Shown here piece by piece: positions 10,024-20,938 of a stretch of 64,000 nt of DNA; positions within the stretch are counted from its first letter, which is position 1, and each line of letters starts with the position of its first letter. Below the pieces are notes generated by a model that saw only the letters and a program-made list of their open reading frames with translations, had not been told where the DNA came from and searched no databases. The position numbers were made by a program, and so were the translations under genes. The stretch comes from a virus (Duplodnaviria > Caudoviricetes): positions 128,001-192,000 of IMG/VR virus record IMGVR_UViG_3300029305_003510, one strand, 5' to 3'.

Positions 10024-10710
10024 ATGCACAACGAGTTTAGAATCAATTACATATGTCCGGAGTGTCTGTATCATGAACAGTTGATCATGCAGATCACCGG
10101 CAAGTCGTCTCTGGAATTCAATCCCGGTATTACTACAAGAGCAACCTGTACACAGTGTGGCACTGTGATGCTTCATGTGGATGAAGGTCTCTATAATGCG
10201 ATCCAGAAGCTTCTGGAAAAGAAATACTATATTTTTGAACACTGCAGTCAGAACGAAGGTGTAGTGCACCATTGTTCTGAATGCGAAAGCGATTCTACTG
10301 TAAGCGGACCGTTCATTGTATTCGGTCCTGTCTTTAAGAAGGAACGCGAGCTGTTTAATCGCATTATGGAATCTCCTGATCGTTGGATTACTTGTAACAC
10401 ACTCGATTCAATGTTCGATGAAAATGGTGAGCATGTCTCCACTGGGTATACTTTTGGCGACAATAATACCATCTCGTTGATGACTCGTATCGAGAAAGAG
10501 TCTGATAGAAGAACACAGCTCTGCGATGTAGCTTGCGCTGCTATCAGCGATATCATTAAAGCGTTCACTAATGACGTTGATACTAATAACCCTAAACGCC
10601 GATCTAGCACCAGTATTAAAGATCGCGCATCTATGGGGCTTCGGCATCGTTATATCCAGAGCATTAAATATTTTGACTCTGATATGATGAAACAGTATCA
10701 AGGAGAATAG
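10024..10710 (+). CDS. Zn-finger hypothetical protein
   Basis: CPEC, CTQC, CSEC motifs. Confidence 0.7.
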   Translation: MHNEFRINYICPECLYHEQLIMQITGKSSLEFNPGITTRATCTQCGTVMLHVDEGLYNAIQKLLEKKYYIFEHCSQNEGVVHHCSECESDSTVSGPFIVFGPVFKKERELFNRIMESPDRWITCNTLDSMFDENGEHVSTGYTFGDNNTISLMTRIEKESDRRTQLCDVACAAISDIIKAFTNDVDTNNPKRRSSTSIKDRASMGLRHRYIQSIKYFDSDMMKQYQGE

Positions 10711-10783
10711 TTCCCCGTTCTTTTCCGCAAAAAAGCGGTTGATATAGTTTTCAAAATACCACATAAGAAAGGACGTATTAACT

Positions 10784-11971
10784 ATGGCAAATATGACTGA
10801 TCAGGAGCTTCGTGATCTGATGCCCAAAGAAGCTCCATCCAAAGAGGATGCTCGTAATAAGAATTCCGAGGAGATCATCCCCACGACTACGCGTCGATTA
10901 ATGATCATCGGATGCGGTGATGGCGGATGCAACATTGCTACCACGATTGCTCGTAAGATTCCTGACGAATCCTTCGTCATCGCTTATAATACCAGCACTC
11001 GCAACGTGGATGATATCGTTGCTGATATGCATATTTTCCCTGTTGCCGAGGATGGTTCTGGTAAGGAGCGTGACTATTCCAAGAACGTCTTTAAGCAGAA
11101 TGCTTTCAAGAAGTTGCTGGATAAGGTACAGGAGATTCTGGCTGAACTGGCGGATATTGCCTATATTCTCATTTGTACCACTACCGATGGTGGTACTGGT
11201 TCCGGTATTTCTCCTATGGCAGCAAAGCTCCTGTCTGATAACACCGATGTACCTGTTATTCTGATGGGTGTATATCCCTCTATGGACGAGGACGCTACTT
11301 CTCAGTATAATGCACTTCAGTGGCAGAGTGAGGTTGATAAGATCCAGCTTCCTTATTTCATTCTGGATAACAATCAACCTGGTATGCGTAAGCCTCTTGT
11401 CCATGAGGCCGTTAATAACCAGGCTGCACTGATCGCTTCTCTGCTGGCTGGTAAGGAGTTTGGTAATTCCAATATCAGCATCATTGATAATCGCAATCTC
11501 TATATGTTGCTGGTTCAGCTGGGCGGTCGTCTGATTGCTGGTGTTGAGACTGCTCGTCCTACTGCTAGTCAAAGTCTGGATGAGTATGTTATGAACATTC
11601 TCCAGAATGACTATCAACCCGATCCTGTTGGTACCAGAGGCATCGGTATCTTCGTTCGCGGCCCCAAGGATATGCTGGATAAAATGGACACTTCTCTCCC
11701 CGAGGTACAGAAGAAGTACGGTAATGCGGTTCTGCATTTTGCGCACATCGAGGAGGATCCTTCTCCGAAGATTGCCATCCTCATGACCGGCAATGCTGAG
11801 AATTCTCAGCGTATCACGGAGATGAAGGTTCGATACGATGACATTATGCAGGCTTTGAAGAATCGCACTTCTGTGCTCGGTGATGTTCTGTCCAGCACTT
11901 CAAATCCGATCGGTAATACCTTTAAGAAGAAGCCGAATTCCGAAATGGACACCTCTGCTTTGGAGCTGTAA
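10784..11971 (+). CDS. Phage tubulin/FtsZ-family GTPase (PhuZ/TubZ-like)
   Basis: IIGCGDGGCNIA, DGSGKER, tubulin signature DGGTGSG, T7-loop-like IIDNRNL. Confidence 0.92.
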   Translation: MANMTDQELRDLMPKEAPSKEDARNKNSEEIIPTTTRRLMIIGCGDGGCNIATTIARKIPDESFVIAYNTSTRNVDDIVADMHIFPVAEDGSGKERDYSKNVFKQNAFKKLLDKVQEILAELADIAYILICTTTDGGTGSGISPMAAKLLSDNTDVPVILMGVYPSMDEDATSQYNALQWQSEVDKIQLPYFILDNNQPGMRKPLVHEAVNNQAALIASLLAGKEFGNSNISIIDNRNLYMLLVQLGGRLIAGVETARPTASQSLDEYVMNILQNDYQPDPVGTRGIGIFVRGPKDMLDKMDTSLPEVQKKYGNAVLHFAHIEEDPSPKIAILMTGNAENSQRITEMKVRYDDIMQALKNRTSVLGDVLSSTSNPIGNTFKKKPNSEMDTSALEL

Positions 11972-11990
11972 TAGTTCTAGTAGAGATGAA

Positions 11991-12025
11991 AGAGAGGCGG
12001 GAAATTTCCCGCCTCTTCTTTTTAC
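11991..12025 (+). terminator. Intrinsic terminator
   Basis: AGAGGCGGGA-AATT-TCCCGCCTCT followed by TCTTTTT. Confidence 0.8.
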
Positions 12026-12089
12026 TTCTTTATTTAATTATCAATGAATATGAATATAATCCCAAAATAAATGTAGGAGGCTACAATAT

Positions 12090-13346
12090 ATGGCACGTAA
12101 TAAAAATGTGGTGAAGGGTCGCACCAAAGCAAATAAAATGATCGATCTGACTAAGAACAAAACGTCTACTCCTGTCACGCGTTATGTCGGAACCATTAAA
12201 ACTGATATGGTCCGAATTATGAAGCATTCCAACATTCCCGTGCTAATGGAAATGGCCAAGGATAGTGAGGTTCTCCAGAATTATTTCCTGAACCGTAGAC
12301 TGAATAGCACATTACTCGGCGAGAATATTACACTGATGGATCGTGCTCTCCGTACTGCGATTTCTAATACGATCGTCAACGATCTTAAGGATGCAATGAA
12401 GAATAAGAATTCTTGCTATCCTGGTATCTGGAATGATCACAATTTATTCAGCCTGGTCTATAGTTTGGTGAATATTACTATGATGGCTGATGCACCTGAG
12501 AAGGGTCATTTCCTGACTGTATGTTCTCCCAATAATATTCCTACTGATGCTGAGAAGATTAATGGTCTTCCTTCCAGTATCTGTATTCCTTTCACGGAGT
12601 ATAACCCTAATCGTCTGTTCCAGCTCTGCATTGTTTTGCAGAATACCGCGCTGAATATGATCGTAGAGACTGCATCCAGAGATGTACCTTCTGCGCTGAT
12701 GAATGCAGCGACTGATTCCGTGACAATTCGTATGGCTAAGGAGTTTGGCCGAGTTCTGGTTTCTGTTATGGACGAAAAGGGTTGGCTTGCTGATGATATG
12801 GAACTTTCCGGAGAGATTTCTGACCAGGCTACTGCTTTTATCGAGGTTATCGAACAGCCTCTGATTGGTTATCTGATGGGCCTTCTGTCTACTAGCGGTC
12901 TGTCCAATGCGGTGATCAATGAAATGTTCCGTCATAGTACGGCCAACGCATTCTATGAGATTGCTGATGAGGATTTCACCACCCAGTTTATTACTTCTGG
13001 TAATATGATCCGTTATGCTCTGTCTCATAAGACTGAAGAGGAATCTTTGAAGTTCGGCATCGGGTTCATCTGTGATGTCCATGACCTCTACACTGTCGCT
13101 AAGTGGACCAAGGATGGCGGCACTATTATGGATAAGAAGATTCTGAATCAGCTTGGCAGTGCACTGAAGGCTTTCTTTGATGACGCAGTTCGTTACTGTA
13201 TTAATATTCATCTGATTCACGATGACGCAGTACCCAATACATCCCTGAATAACAATGAAGATGTTCCTGAGAATGATATTGAGGTCTCTGAAGATTCTGT
13301 CGAATCTACTAATGAAGAGAGCAACGAAATGGTTGAACAGGAGTAA
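12090..13346 (+). CDS. Hypothetical protein with acidic tail
   Basis: 418-aa ORF, AGGAGG RBS. Confidence 0.8.
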   Translation: MARNKNVVKGRTKANKMIDLTKNKTSTPVTRYVGTIKTDMVRIMKHSNIPVLMEMAKDSEVLQNYFLNRRLNSTLLGENITLMDRALRTAISNTIVNDLKDAMKNKNSCYPGIWNDHNLFSLVYSLVNITMMADAPEKGHFLTVCSPNNIPTDAEKINGLPSSICIPFTEYNPNRLFQLCIVLQNTALNMIVETASRDVPSALMNAATDSVTIRMAKEFGRVLVSVMDEKGWLADDMELSGEISDQATAFIEVIEQPLIGYLMGLLSTSGLSNAVINEMFRHSTANAFYEIADEDFTTQFITSGNMIRYALSHKTEEESLKFGIGFICDVHDLYTVAKWTKDGGTIMDKKILNQLGSALKAFFDDAVRYCINIHLIHDDAVPNTSLNNNEDVPENDIEVSEDSVESTNEESNEMVEQE

Positions 13347-13477
13347 TCTTCCGTGTCTTGTTGGAAGTGATTTTGTCTATATATTATAGACAGGATCATG
13401 GAAAATAGATGATCACAAAATTCAGGGATGACGCACCAGAATCCCTAATACTAAAGACAAGGAAGGTGAAATCGTTC

Positions 13478-14404
13478 ATGAGCAAAAATAAGAACAATGG
13501 CAAGTTCTCGAACCGTGCTGCTCGACGGTTCAACGATCTGGCGAAGATCGACACAATGGATCAGAGCGAGATATTTGAAATCCTCACTGAGGATATGGAT
13601 ATCATGCTCGATCAGGTGACTGCGTTCCGTGATCATAAGCCGAACTCTCCGTACCCGCAGTATATCGGGAACGCATTTGCAAACCTGTCCACTCCTCTGT
13701 TCTTCTCGGAGTATGTGGATGAACATGTCAAGGTTAAGAAGAAAGGTAAGAAGGTTAAGACAGATCTTGATGAGGCTAAGATCGAGTCCCTGCGGGCTAT
13801 TATCTCTGACGCCTATAAGAAGTCTGCTACAAACTTTTATGCCAATCAGCTTCAGGAGTTTACGGAGAGAAATGAGCTCCTGAGTAAGACATTCATGAAA
13901 CTGTATCCGGAGGTATATCGGAAGACCAAGAAGTTTGATGGTCTGTCCAAGAGCCAGCGGAGAGATCTGACGATTCAGATCTATGGTGATCCTGCATATA
14001 ATATGCGGTTTATCCATAAGCTGATTAATCAGAGTACGCTGACGGATAAGAAGAAGCTCAAGCTTCTCTGTGAACTCTATGGGAAGAAGCGTTTCGTGAA
14101 AGCGGTCGGTGCTGCAATGATCGTCGAAGGTAATAATTCTGATTGCCTGGCTATGCTCTTTGAATATATGCAGGGACTGAAGAAGAAGAAGCGTGCGAAG
14201 TATCTGAAAGCCTATGCTGATGCTTATAAGAAGGCTAAGACTAAATACTTCAGAATCGACAAGAATTTCTATGATGAAAATAAACGGATCATCAAGGAGC
14301 TCGGTCGTCTGGATATTGGTTATAAGAAGGCTTTTAAGGATCTCAAGGGTGGAAAGAGTACCAAGAAGCGTGACGATCAGCGCAACAAGGATCGCAAGTT
14401 CTAA
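13478..14404 (+). CDS. Lysine-rich hypothetical protein
   Basis: AAGGTG RBS; early-type promoter at 13378; terminator at 14416-14448. Confidence 0.8.
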   Translation: MSKNKNNGKFSNRAARRFNDLAKIDTMDQSEIFEILTEDMDIMLDQVTAFRDHKPNSPYPQYIGNAFANLSTPLFFSEYVDEHVKVKKKGKKVKTDLDEAKIESLRAIISDAYKKSATNFYANQLQEFTERNELLSKTFMKLYPEVYRKTKKFDGLSKSQRRDLTIQIYGDPAYNMRFIHKLINQSTLTDKKKLKLLCELYGKKRFVKAVGAAMIVEGNNSDCLAMLFEYMQGLKKKKRAKYLKAYADAYKKAKTKYFRIDKNFYDENKRIIKELGRLDIGYKKAFKDLKGGKSTKKRDDQRNKDRKF

Positions 14405-14492
14405 CCAGGGATTGAGGGTGAGTGGGCTCCGGCTCACTCACCCAATTTCTCTCAAAGACTGTTATTTTACATAAAGAGAAAGAGAGGTTTGT

Positions 14493-15236
14493 ATGAAGTT
14501 CTATAAACTAAGTGATATCAAATGTCCTGAGTGTGGTGTTGATATAATTTTCGGTATAACAACGATGTCTGGTGGTAAGACCGAGGATATGATGGAATCT
14601 GCGGCCAATCCTATTGAAGAAGATATCATGAATAGCATCAATAGCAGTGAAAGTACCGAGTATGTTAATCGCAAACTTCAGTTATATCGGCATAACGTAG
14701 AATATTACATCCGTAAAGTTCTCAGAGATAATCTTGATATTAATCAGGTGCCAGCAGAATTCCGTAAAGATGTACAACAGAAGATTACAGATATGAATCT
14801 CATGACATCTGATATAGAATCTGATGATACTGATGATGAATCAGATACTACAACATCGCCTATGAAGGTATTGAAGTGGTTTGCCATGGGTATATTCATT
14901 ACTATAACTTTATGTGTTCTTATTGTCAGTATTATTGGGACTTTCTTTGGTTCAAATTCTGGTATCAATGTCGGTGAAGATGATCTTGTGGCGATGTTGG
15001 TAGATGAAGTTACCGAAGATACTTTTGAGCTTGTTAAATCTGCAGTGAGCTCTGGCGATAGCTCATATATCATTAAAGATACCTTTGGTACTTTTAAGTT
15101 TATCCGTGCTACTTACAATCTTCCCGATGGTTCTATACTACATGCACGTTTTTATTACAGTGACGTTGAAGGTGATTGGACCTTATCAGAATGGTATCTT
15201 GAATTACCTGCAAGGATTGGTGGTGAGATTGGATGA
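14493..15236 (+). CDS. Membrane protein, hypothetical
   Basis: CPEC near N-terminus; one TM segment WFAMGIFITITLCVLIVSIIG. Confidence 0.7.
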   Translation: MKFYKLSDIKCPECGVDIIFGITTMSGGKTEDMMESAANPIEEDIMNSINSSESTEYVNRKLQLYRHNVEYYIRKVLRDNLDINQVPAEFRKDVQQKITDMNLMTSDIESDDTDDESDTTTSPMKVLKWFAMGIFITITLCVLIVSIIGTFFGSNSGINVGEDDLVAMLVDEVTEDTFELVKSAVSSGDSSYIIKDTFGTFKFIRATYNLPDGSILHARFYYSDVEGDWTLSEWYLELPARIGGEIG

Positions 15237-15493
15237 ACCTTGAGCGTGATCCAACAATTTCATCTATGAAGATTGTGTTAATTGCGGAGACTATAGCTGT
15301 TGTAGTTCTCACAATTGCTTTATGCGTCGCTATATTTACGATTGTTTGGTTATCTATTGAGTTGGCATTCTATCGATCTTTAGAAGTGGTTAATATTACT
15401 GCTGTAGAACCGAATGATATGGCCGCTGCAGTTATAGAAGCAGAAAAGTATTTTGAGACTATGTTTTATGATATGGAAGTAGTCCATTTTTAA
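15233..15493 (+). CDS. Small membrane protein
   Basis: Long hydrophobic segment; ATGA overlap. Confidence 0.6.
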   Translation: MNLERDPTISSMKIVLIAETIAVVVLTIALCVAIFTIVWLSIELAFYRSLEVVNITAVEPNDMAAAVIEAEKYFETMFYDMEVVHF

Positions 15494-15550
15494 CTGACAT
15501 CGGAATTAACAAATACATACAAGTTGATTCCAAGGAGGTAAAACTCTATT

Positions 15551-16957
15551 ATGAATGCAGATTTCAAACAATTTCTGAGTGAAAATAACGACAAGAAAAA
15601 TCCTCTCGCCGTTGTTACAAGTATGCCTCAATATCCCACCGGGTATATGTACCTTGACTATGGTGCTGGTAGTTATCTCACTGTGCATGATGACGATGAA
15701 ACGCCACTATATCAGTACCATAATGTCGGTATTACCTGTGGGTCTGTAAATACATTCATTTCTAAGTCCCAGGGTGGTAAAACTTCTTTGGCTATTGCTA
15801 TGGGCGCAGCTATCATCGAACCTTTTGTCACACAGTTCATCTATCAGAAAAGTGTTTCTGATACAGTAACCGAAGCTAAGATGAAGAAAGCGCCTGAGCT
15901 GACAGGTATGCCGTTTATTCACATTCTGGACACTGAGAAGACTCTTCCTGTAGACTATGCAAAGAAAGTCGCGAGATATACCAACAAGCTTACCAGTAAG
16001 CACATTATCATCAATCCTATTACTACGGACAAGGATCTGATGTTAGCTTTGAATAAGCATGTGCAGTTCAAGACTCAGTCGATGGAAAAGATTCCTATGC
16101 CCATGCTGGATATGTTTGGCAAGCCTGTGATGGATTATCCTCCCACGATTTTGATTATTGACTCGATGTCTCAGCTCCTGCTGGAAGATTGTGACGATCC
16201 TTCTTCCATTAAAAAGAAGGATGGTAGTATTCTGGATATCTATAGTTCTGCTACACAAAATACCGCTGGTGCCAGACGTGCTAAGATCATCACTGCATTA
16301 TATTCCCAGTTGGTTAATTATGCTAAGCGATATAATATCATCATCTTTAGCATCAATCACATCAATAAGATGCTACCGGTGAATGGTATTCCCGTTAAGC
16401 AGTATCGTGGTCTCAGAGGTGGCGAAACCATCGGCGGTGGCGAAAAGGCCATCTATCTGACAGCAAACATTCTTCGTCTCGACGTTATCAAGAACGTCAG
16501 TTCTGAGGGGTCTACATCGCTTAATCTTGGTGAAGGTGTCACTGGACATGTAGCGATTGCATCTTGGATTAAATCTAAATCCAATTCTAAGAGCAATAAG
16601 TGTCAGCTTGTATATACCAATCAGGCTGGTTATGATCCACTGCTCTCTAATCTCTGGTTTGGTAAAGAGTGTGGTGATCTGACAAAGAGTGGTAACTTCT
16701 TCTGTCTCAGAGATTATCCTGAATTCAAATTTACGATGAAGAATTATCAGGAAGTATTTGCTGAACATCCTGAAATGTTCAGTGGATATTATGATGAGCT
16801 AAGGGATAAGTGCGCAAAGCTTCTGGACAATCCTGAGTCTGCACGTAAGGCTGATAAGAAACTGATGGATCAGATCCGTGATGATATTCATGACGAATAT
16901 AATAAATCTGATGCAATGGATATGGACGATCTCTTTAGTGAGATGTTCAATGGGTAA
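15551..16957 (+). CDS. RecA/UvsX-like recombinase
   Basis: PTGYMYLD, Walker A SKSQGGKTS, LDTE, Walker B LIIDS, FSINH, IGGG. Confidence 0.88.
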   Translation: MNADFKQFLSENNDKKNPLAVVTSMPQYPTGYMYLDYGAGSYLTVHDDDETPLYQYHNVGITCGSVNTFISKSQGGKTSLAIAMGAAIIEPFVTQFIYQKSVSDTVTEAKMKKAPELTGMPFIHILDTEKTLPVDYAKKVARYTNKLTSKHIIINPITTDKDLMLALNKHVQFKTQSMEKIPMPMLDMFGKPVMDYPPTILIIDSMSQLLLEDCDDPSSIKKKDGSILDIYSSATQNTAGARRAKIITALYSQLVNYAKRYNIIIFSINHINKMLPVNGIPVKQYRGLRGGETIGGGEKAIYLTANILRLDVIKNVSSEGSTSLNLGEGVTGHVAIASWIKSKSNSKSNKCQLVYTNQAGYDPLLSNLWFGKECGDLTKSGNFFCLRDYPEFKFTMKNYQEVFAEHPEMFSGYYDELRDKCAKLLDNPESARKADKKLMDQIRDDIHDEYNKSDAMDMDDLFSEMFNG

Positions 16958-17069
16958 ATGAAATAAGAGGGAGTCGGTTATAATAAATCGACTCCCTCAG
17001 TTGCTTTACGTAAGTGATAGTTTTTGCTTCATCTATATATTATACATAGGAGAAAGAAGGTGAAGTGAA

Positions 17070-17885
17070 ATGAGATTATTCACATTACAAAGAGCTGTTC
17101 AAATATCCAATGAGATGTTTAGCGAATATGTAGAACCTCTCGGATTATCTATGATGTCCGGAGAAGTCCCTCAGATGATGTTTATGATCCATCAGAGGGA
17201 TAGCAAGTATCAAGACTGGTTAGCTCAAGTTCGTTTCAAGAATACGTTGGCTATATCAGTATTCAAATGTGAGGTTTATCTGGAGGATGTATTTCGTCTC
17301 TGTAGACGATGTAAACTCTGGTTAATTACGGAAGAAATATTCCGCGTAGCGGTGCTATATGCAATGATACACCCACTATATCAGAGTCAGTATCTGGATT
17401 TCACCAGAGATATCAACGCTGACTATGAGTCAATGATGGCCGGTGCCGGAAAAGACACGTATCGGTTCATCAAAAATTTCTATCTGGCGAGAACAGATTA
17501 TGATCCTGTAGAAAAGATTGTATTAGACATCTTTCGATATCATCTGATGATCTATACAAATAAGACCGAACCTGGTTGTGGTGAGGCTTATGAAGATGCA
17601 CTGTTTGCATATCGACAGATCATGTTATTGCAATATAAAGGTGCATATGAAGTAGCTCGATATCGAAAAGCACAGACTTATCTAATAGATGAAGATGGTT
17701 ATATGCTGATGGAGAGAAGAGTTACTGGAAGTACAAACTATACTGTAGATGGCTCAAGAGAGTTTATCGATGAAGTAATCACACCAACTGCTCAGAAACG
17801 AGCATATTCAATTCTTCCGGAGAAAAGACAAGTACGGAAGAAGCCCATAAGCAATGAATACTATTCACTTGAGAGGAGTGATTGA
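17070..17885 (+). CDS. Hypothetical protein
   Basis: 271-aa ORF after early-type promoter at 17034; overlaps the RNAP gene start. Confidence 0.75.
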   Translation: MRLFTLQRAVQISNEMFSEYVEPLGLSMMSGEVPQMMFMIHQRDSKYQDWLAQVRFKNTLAISVFKCEVYLEDVFRLCRRCKLWLITEEIFRVAVLYAMIHPLYQSQYLDFTRDINADYESMMAGAGKDTYRFIKNFYLARTDYDPVEKIVLDIFRYHLMIYTNKTEPGCGEAYEDALFAYRQIMLLQYKGAYEVARYRKAQTYLIDEDGYMLMERRVTGSTNYTVDGSREFIDEVITPTAQKRAYSILPEKRQVRKKPISNEYYSLERSD

Positions 17886-19927
17886 TTTTGGCTAAAAATA
17901 AAACTGGAAAGAGTCGGGAAGAGAAAGCCATTTTGAAACGATATGGTGAGCTAAAATATCCAACTGACGTATTAGGTCCTGGATCTCTGATGATCCAACA
18001 GTCCCACACAAACTCTTCACGAGTTATTATGAGTAATAGCCAGCTGACTCATATGGTCAGCATTAAGGATCCAGAAACGCCCTTGGTTCCTACTGGTTTT
18101 GAGAATATTCTTGGATCCTATTCATCCATGTTAGATAAAGCTGATGCATCCTATGAAATCGTTGCAAAGTTCGTAAAGAATGAGTACAACTATATTCTGA
18201 TTGGGTTTGATAAGAAGCATCGACACTATCATGCATGGAGACGCTTGGAGATGGAAGAGCATTCAGAAGGGTTCTCTACCAGATTCAATAACCAGTTTCT
18301 GGATTCTTTGGAAATTGGTGATACTGTTGATAAGGGTGTTTATACCCATAAGTCAACAAACTTTGATAAAGCGATGAATTATCAGTATGGTAAGAATGTG
18401 AATGTTGTATATTTGGTCAGCCCTAACGTCTATGAGGATGGTATTCTCGTCATGAACGGTGCTGAGAAGATGTTCAACACTTATCGCGCTCATACTGTAG
18501 AAATTAGTCTCGCTGACAATGAAGTTCTATTGAACTGGTTCGGTGATGATGAGCACTATCAGGGAATTCCTCTTGTCGGTGAGAAAACCCGAAAAGGTTT
18601 TGCTGCAATTGTTCGTCGAGTTGATAACTCCAAATCCCCATTGTCTTTAAAGAAGAGTAAGCTTCGCACAATTGAACGTGGCGGTGATCGAAAGTATTAT
18701 GCAACAGGTCGCGTTGTTGATATCGAGATTCTTACCAATAAAGATCCTAAGAGGATGATCGATGTCGGCGCAAATAAACTAATCAATCAGCTGTATGAAG
18801 AACAGCAAGAGTTCTATCGTAAACTTTATCGGTATATGAGAGCTATTGTCGATAATGCCGATAGTGAAGAGTACACTTATTCCGATGACTTCACTATCAT
18901 TTGTGAAGAAGCCCATGATTATGTAGACTCTTCTGCATTTTTCGCTGATACCAGTGATAATGTCTATGGTAATACAAAGATCATTCTCCATCTTCTGGAA
19001 GAAGAACAAATGATCGTTGGATCTAAGCTGGTTGGTAGATCTGGTAATAAGGGAGTTATTTCCAAGATTATTCCGCCCGAAGAATCATGGCATATGGAAG
19101 ATGGTACACCTGTACACTTTGTTGTTGCAACGCTTGGTATCGTTGGTCGACTGAATCAGTCTCAGCTCAATGAGCATTCTTGTAATGAGCTGGGTGCAAC
19201 TGCAGTTCGAGCGATGAAAGCGACTGATGATGTAAACATGAAAGGTGATATTGTCTATCGATTGTTGTCATATCTGAACCCTGATGAAGCGAAGGAATGG
19301 AAGAAATGGTTCAAAAATCTTTCTAAAGAGGAAAAGGCAAAGCAGTGCAGAAAGATCGAACGCAAAGGAATCTTTATTGTACAGGATCCTATCGAGAATG
19401 CAAACATCATCGACTTTGCTAGAGCATATGAGGAATTCCCACCGAATTATCAGCATATCATTTTCCCTGATGGTGGTAAATCCATTCGCGAGGTTCTCTG
19501 TGCAAAAATGTTCTATGTACGTCTGAAGCAAGATCCTCTTGAGAAGTATTCGTCTCGTTCTCGTGGTCCGGTGAATCCGCTGACGACACTGCCTGCAAAG
19601 TCTAATATGAAGAAGAAGTTCCTTACACCATATTCCGACGTTCCTGTACGTTTTGGAGAGATGGAACTTGAGGTTCTGATGACTATGGTTAACCATCCTG
19701 CAGCTATTGCTGACTTTATGATGGAAAACTCTACGTCATTTGAAGCAAAGTTGGCGTTATCTGAGCAGAGTTATCTTGGTGATCCGGATGAAGATATCGA
19801 TATGGAAGGTGTCGTCATGAAGGGTAAGAAGAACATCGAATGGATCTCTGCATATCTTGGTGTGCTTGGTACCGATATTATCGTGGAGACAGAGGAAGCT
19901 TCCTCGGGTGAAGCGTTTGAAGACTAA
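17882..19927 (+). CDS. RNA polymerase beta subunit C-terminal half (non-virion RNAP)
   Basis: SRVIMSNSQ, YEDGILV, GSKLVGRSGNKGVIS, RFGEME. Confidence 0.93.
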   Translation: MILAKNKTGKSREEKAILKRYGELKYPTDVLGPGSLMIQQSHTNSSRVIMSNSQLTHMVSIKDPETPLVPTGFENILGSYSSMLDKADASYEIVAKFVKNEYNYILIGFDKKHRHYHAWRRLEMEEHSEGFSTRFNNQFLDSLEIGDTVDKGVYTHKSTNFDKAMNYQYGKNVNVVYLVSPNVYEDGILVMNGAEKMFNTYRAHTVEISLADNEVLLNWFGDDEHYQGIPLVGEKTRKGFAAIVRRVDNSKSPLSLKKSKLRTIERGGDRKYYATGRVVDIEILTNKDPKRMIDVGANKLINQLYEEQQEFYRKLYRYMRAIVDNADSEEYTYSDDFTIICEEAHDYVDSSAFFADTSDNVYGNTKIILHLLEEEQMIVGSKLVGRSGNKGVISKIIPPEESWHMEDGTPVHFVVATLGIVGRLNQSQLNEHSCNELGATAVRAMKATDDVNMKGDIVYRLLSYLNPDEAKEWKKWFKNLSKEEKAKQCRKIERKGIFIVQDPIENANIIDFARAYEEFPPNYQHIIFPDGGKSIREVLCAKMFYVRLKQDPLEKYSSRSRGPVNPLTTLPAKSNMKKKFLTPYSDVPVRFGEMELEVLMTMVNHPAAIADFMMENSTSFEAKLALSEQSYLGDPDEDIDMEGVVMKGKKNIEWISAYLGVLGTDIIVETEEASSGEAFED

Positions 19928-19946
19928 TCATAACAGGTTCTTTAAG

Positions 19947-20780
19947 ATGCTGGTTCACCCGGATTTCTTTGGGTCTCCGGGTGAGATGGATAGTATCCCT
20001 ATTAACCGCGAAGGTGGAGTTGTTACAGATCCTAATGAGAAACTCTTTCGTAATATCGGAAGTGGATATTATGGAATCTATTTCACTGATATTGAGAATC
20101 TGGGATATTATCAGACTTACGGTGACTACTTTGTGGAGATTTTCCCTATCCCGGGGATTGCGGCAAAGCCCTGTAAAGATGAAGACAGTCGAGGTTGGTA
20201 CACATATAAGCTTCGACACGGTCCGGTTCAGAAAATGACGGTGAAGAAGATCTGTTGGTTTGTTGAGAATGGTGCAGATGTTACCAAGAGTGAGTGTTCA
20301 TTGATGTATAAAGCATTAGCATTTCTTGACGAACATCCCAACAACAAGTGGTCTCGCAGGCTATTTCAGCGGATGATGATTCAACTTTCTAATAAATCCG
20401 AGTATAGAGAAGAGTTTGATCTTTGCTGGGAAAGTACGAAGAATGTTCTCGGTAATGGAATCTATTTAGATTTGTATGAGATGCTGAAGGATCGTCGATT
20501 CAATATCAGTATTCGTGGTACTGGTTTTGGGTTCATTGATGAGCTGAAGCGACTATATACTGAGAAGAAAGATATTCCGTATTTAAACGAGTGCATTCAT
20601 CAGCTTCTTCTCCGGTTACGGGTAGACTATCCTGCGGTATACGCGATAACTTCACATATGTTCCCGAAGTTTGAAGCAAATGTAAAATCTACGAAAGATC
20701 CAGAAGGATTCACATACCTTATGCCGGTATATCATGGTCCGTACGATGAGTATAGGACTGAAATACACAAAGACAATTAA
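19947..20780 (+). CDS. Hypothetical protein
   Basis: Long ORF, start uncertain; terminator at 20787-20820. Confidence 0.65.
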   Translation: MLVHPDFFGSPGEMDSIPINREGGVVTDPNEKLFRNIGSGYYGIYFTDIENLGYYQTYGDYFVEIFPIPGIAAKPCKDEDSRGWYTYKLRHGPVQKMTVKKICWFVENGADVTKSECSLMYKALAFLDEHPNNKWSRRLFQRMMIQLSNKSEYREEFDLCWESTKNVLGNGIYLDLYEMLKDRRFNISIRGTGFGFIDELKRLYTEKKDIPYLNECIHQLLLRLRVDYPAVYAITSHMFPKFEANVKSTKDPEGFTYLMPVYHGPYDEYRTEIHKDN

Positions 20781-20938
20781 AGTGAGTATGGAGAGGGTTT
20801 GACCCTCTCCATATCTTATTTGCCCTATCAAGAGGGATTTAGAATTTGTGTATATATTATAGTAGTGAACATTGGACGCAATGTTCTGTAGTATTTTCAA
20901 ATTTCAACTAAAAAAGTTCTTAAGGAGGAACGAAACAA

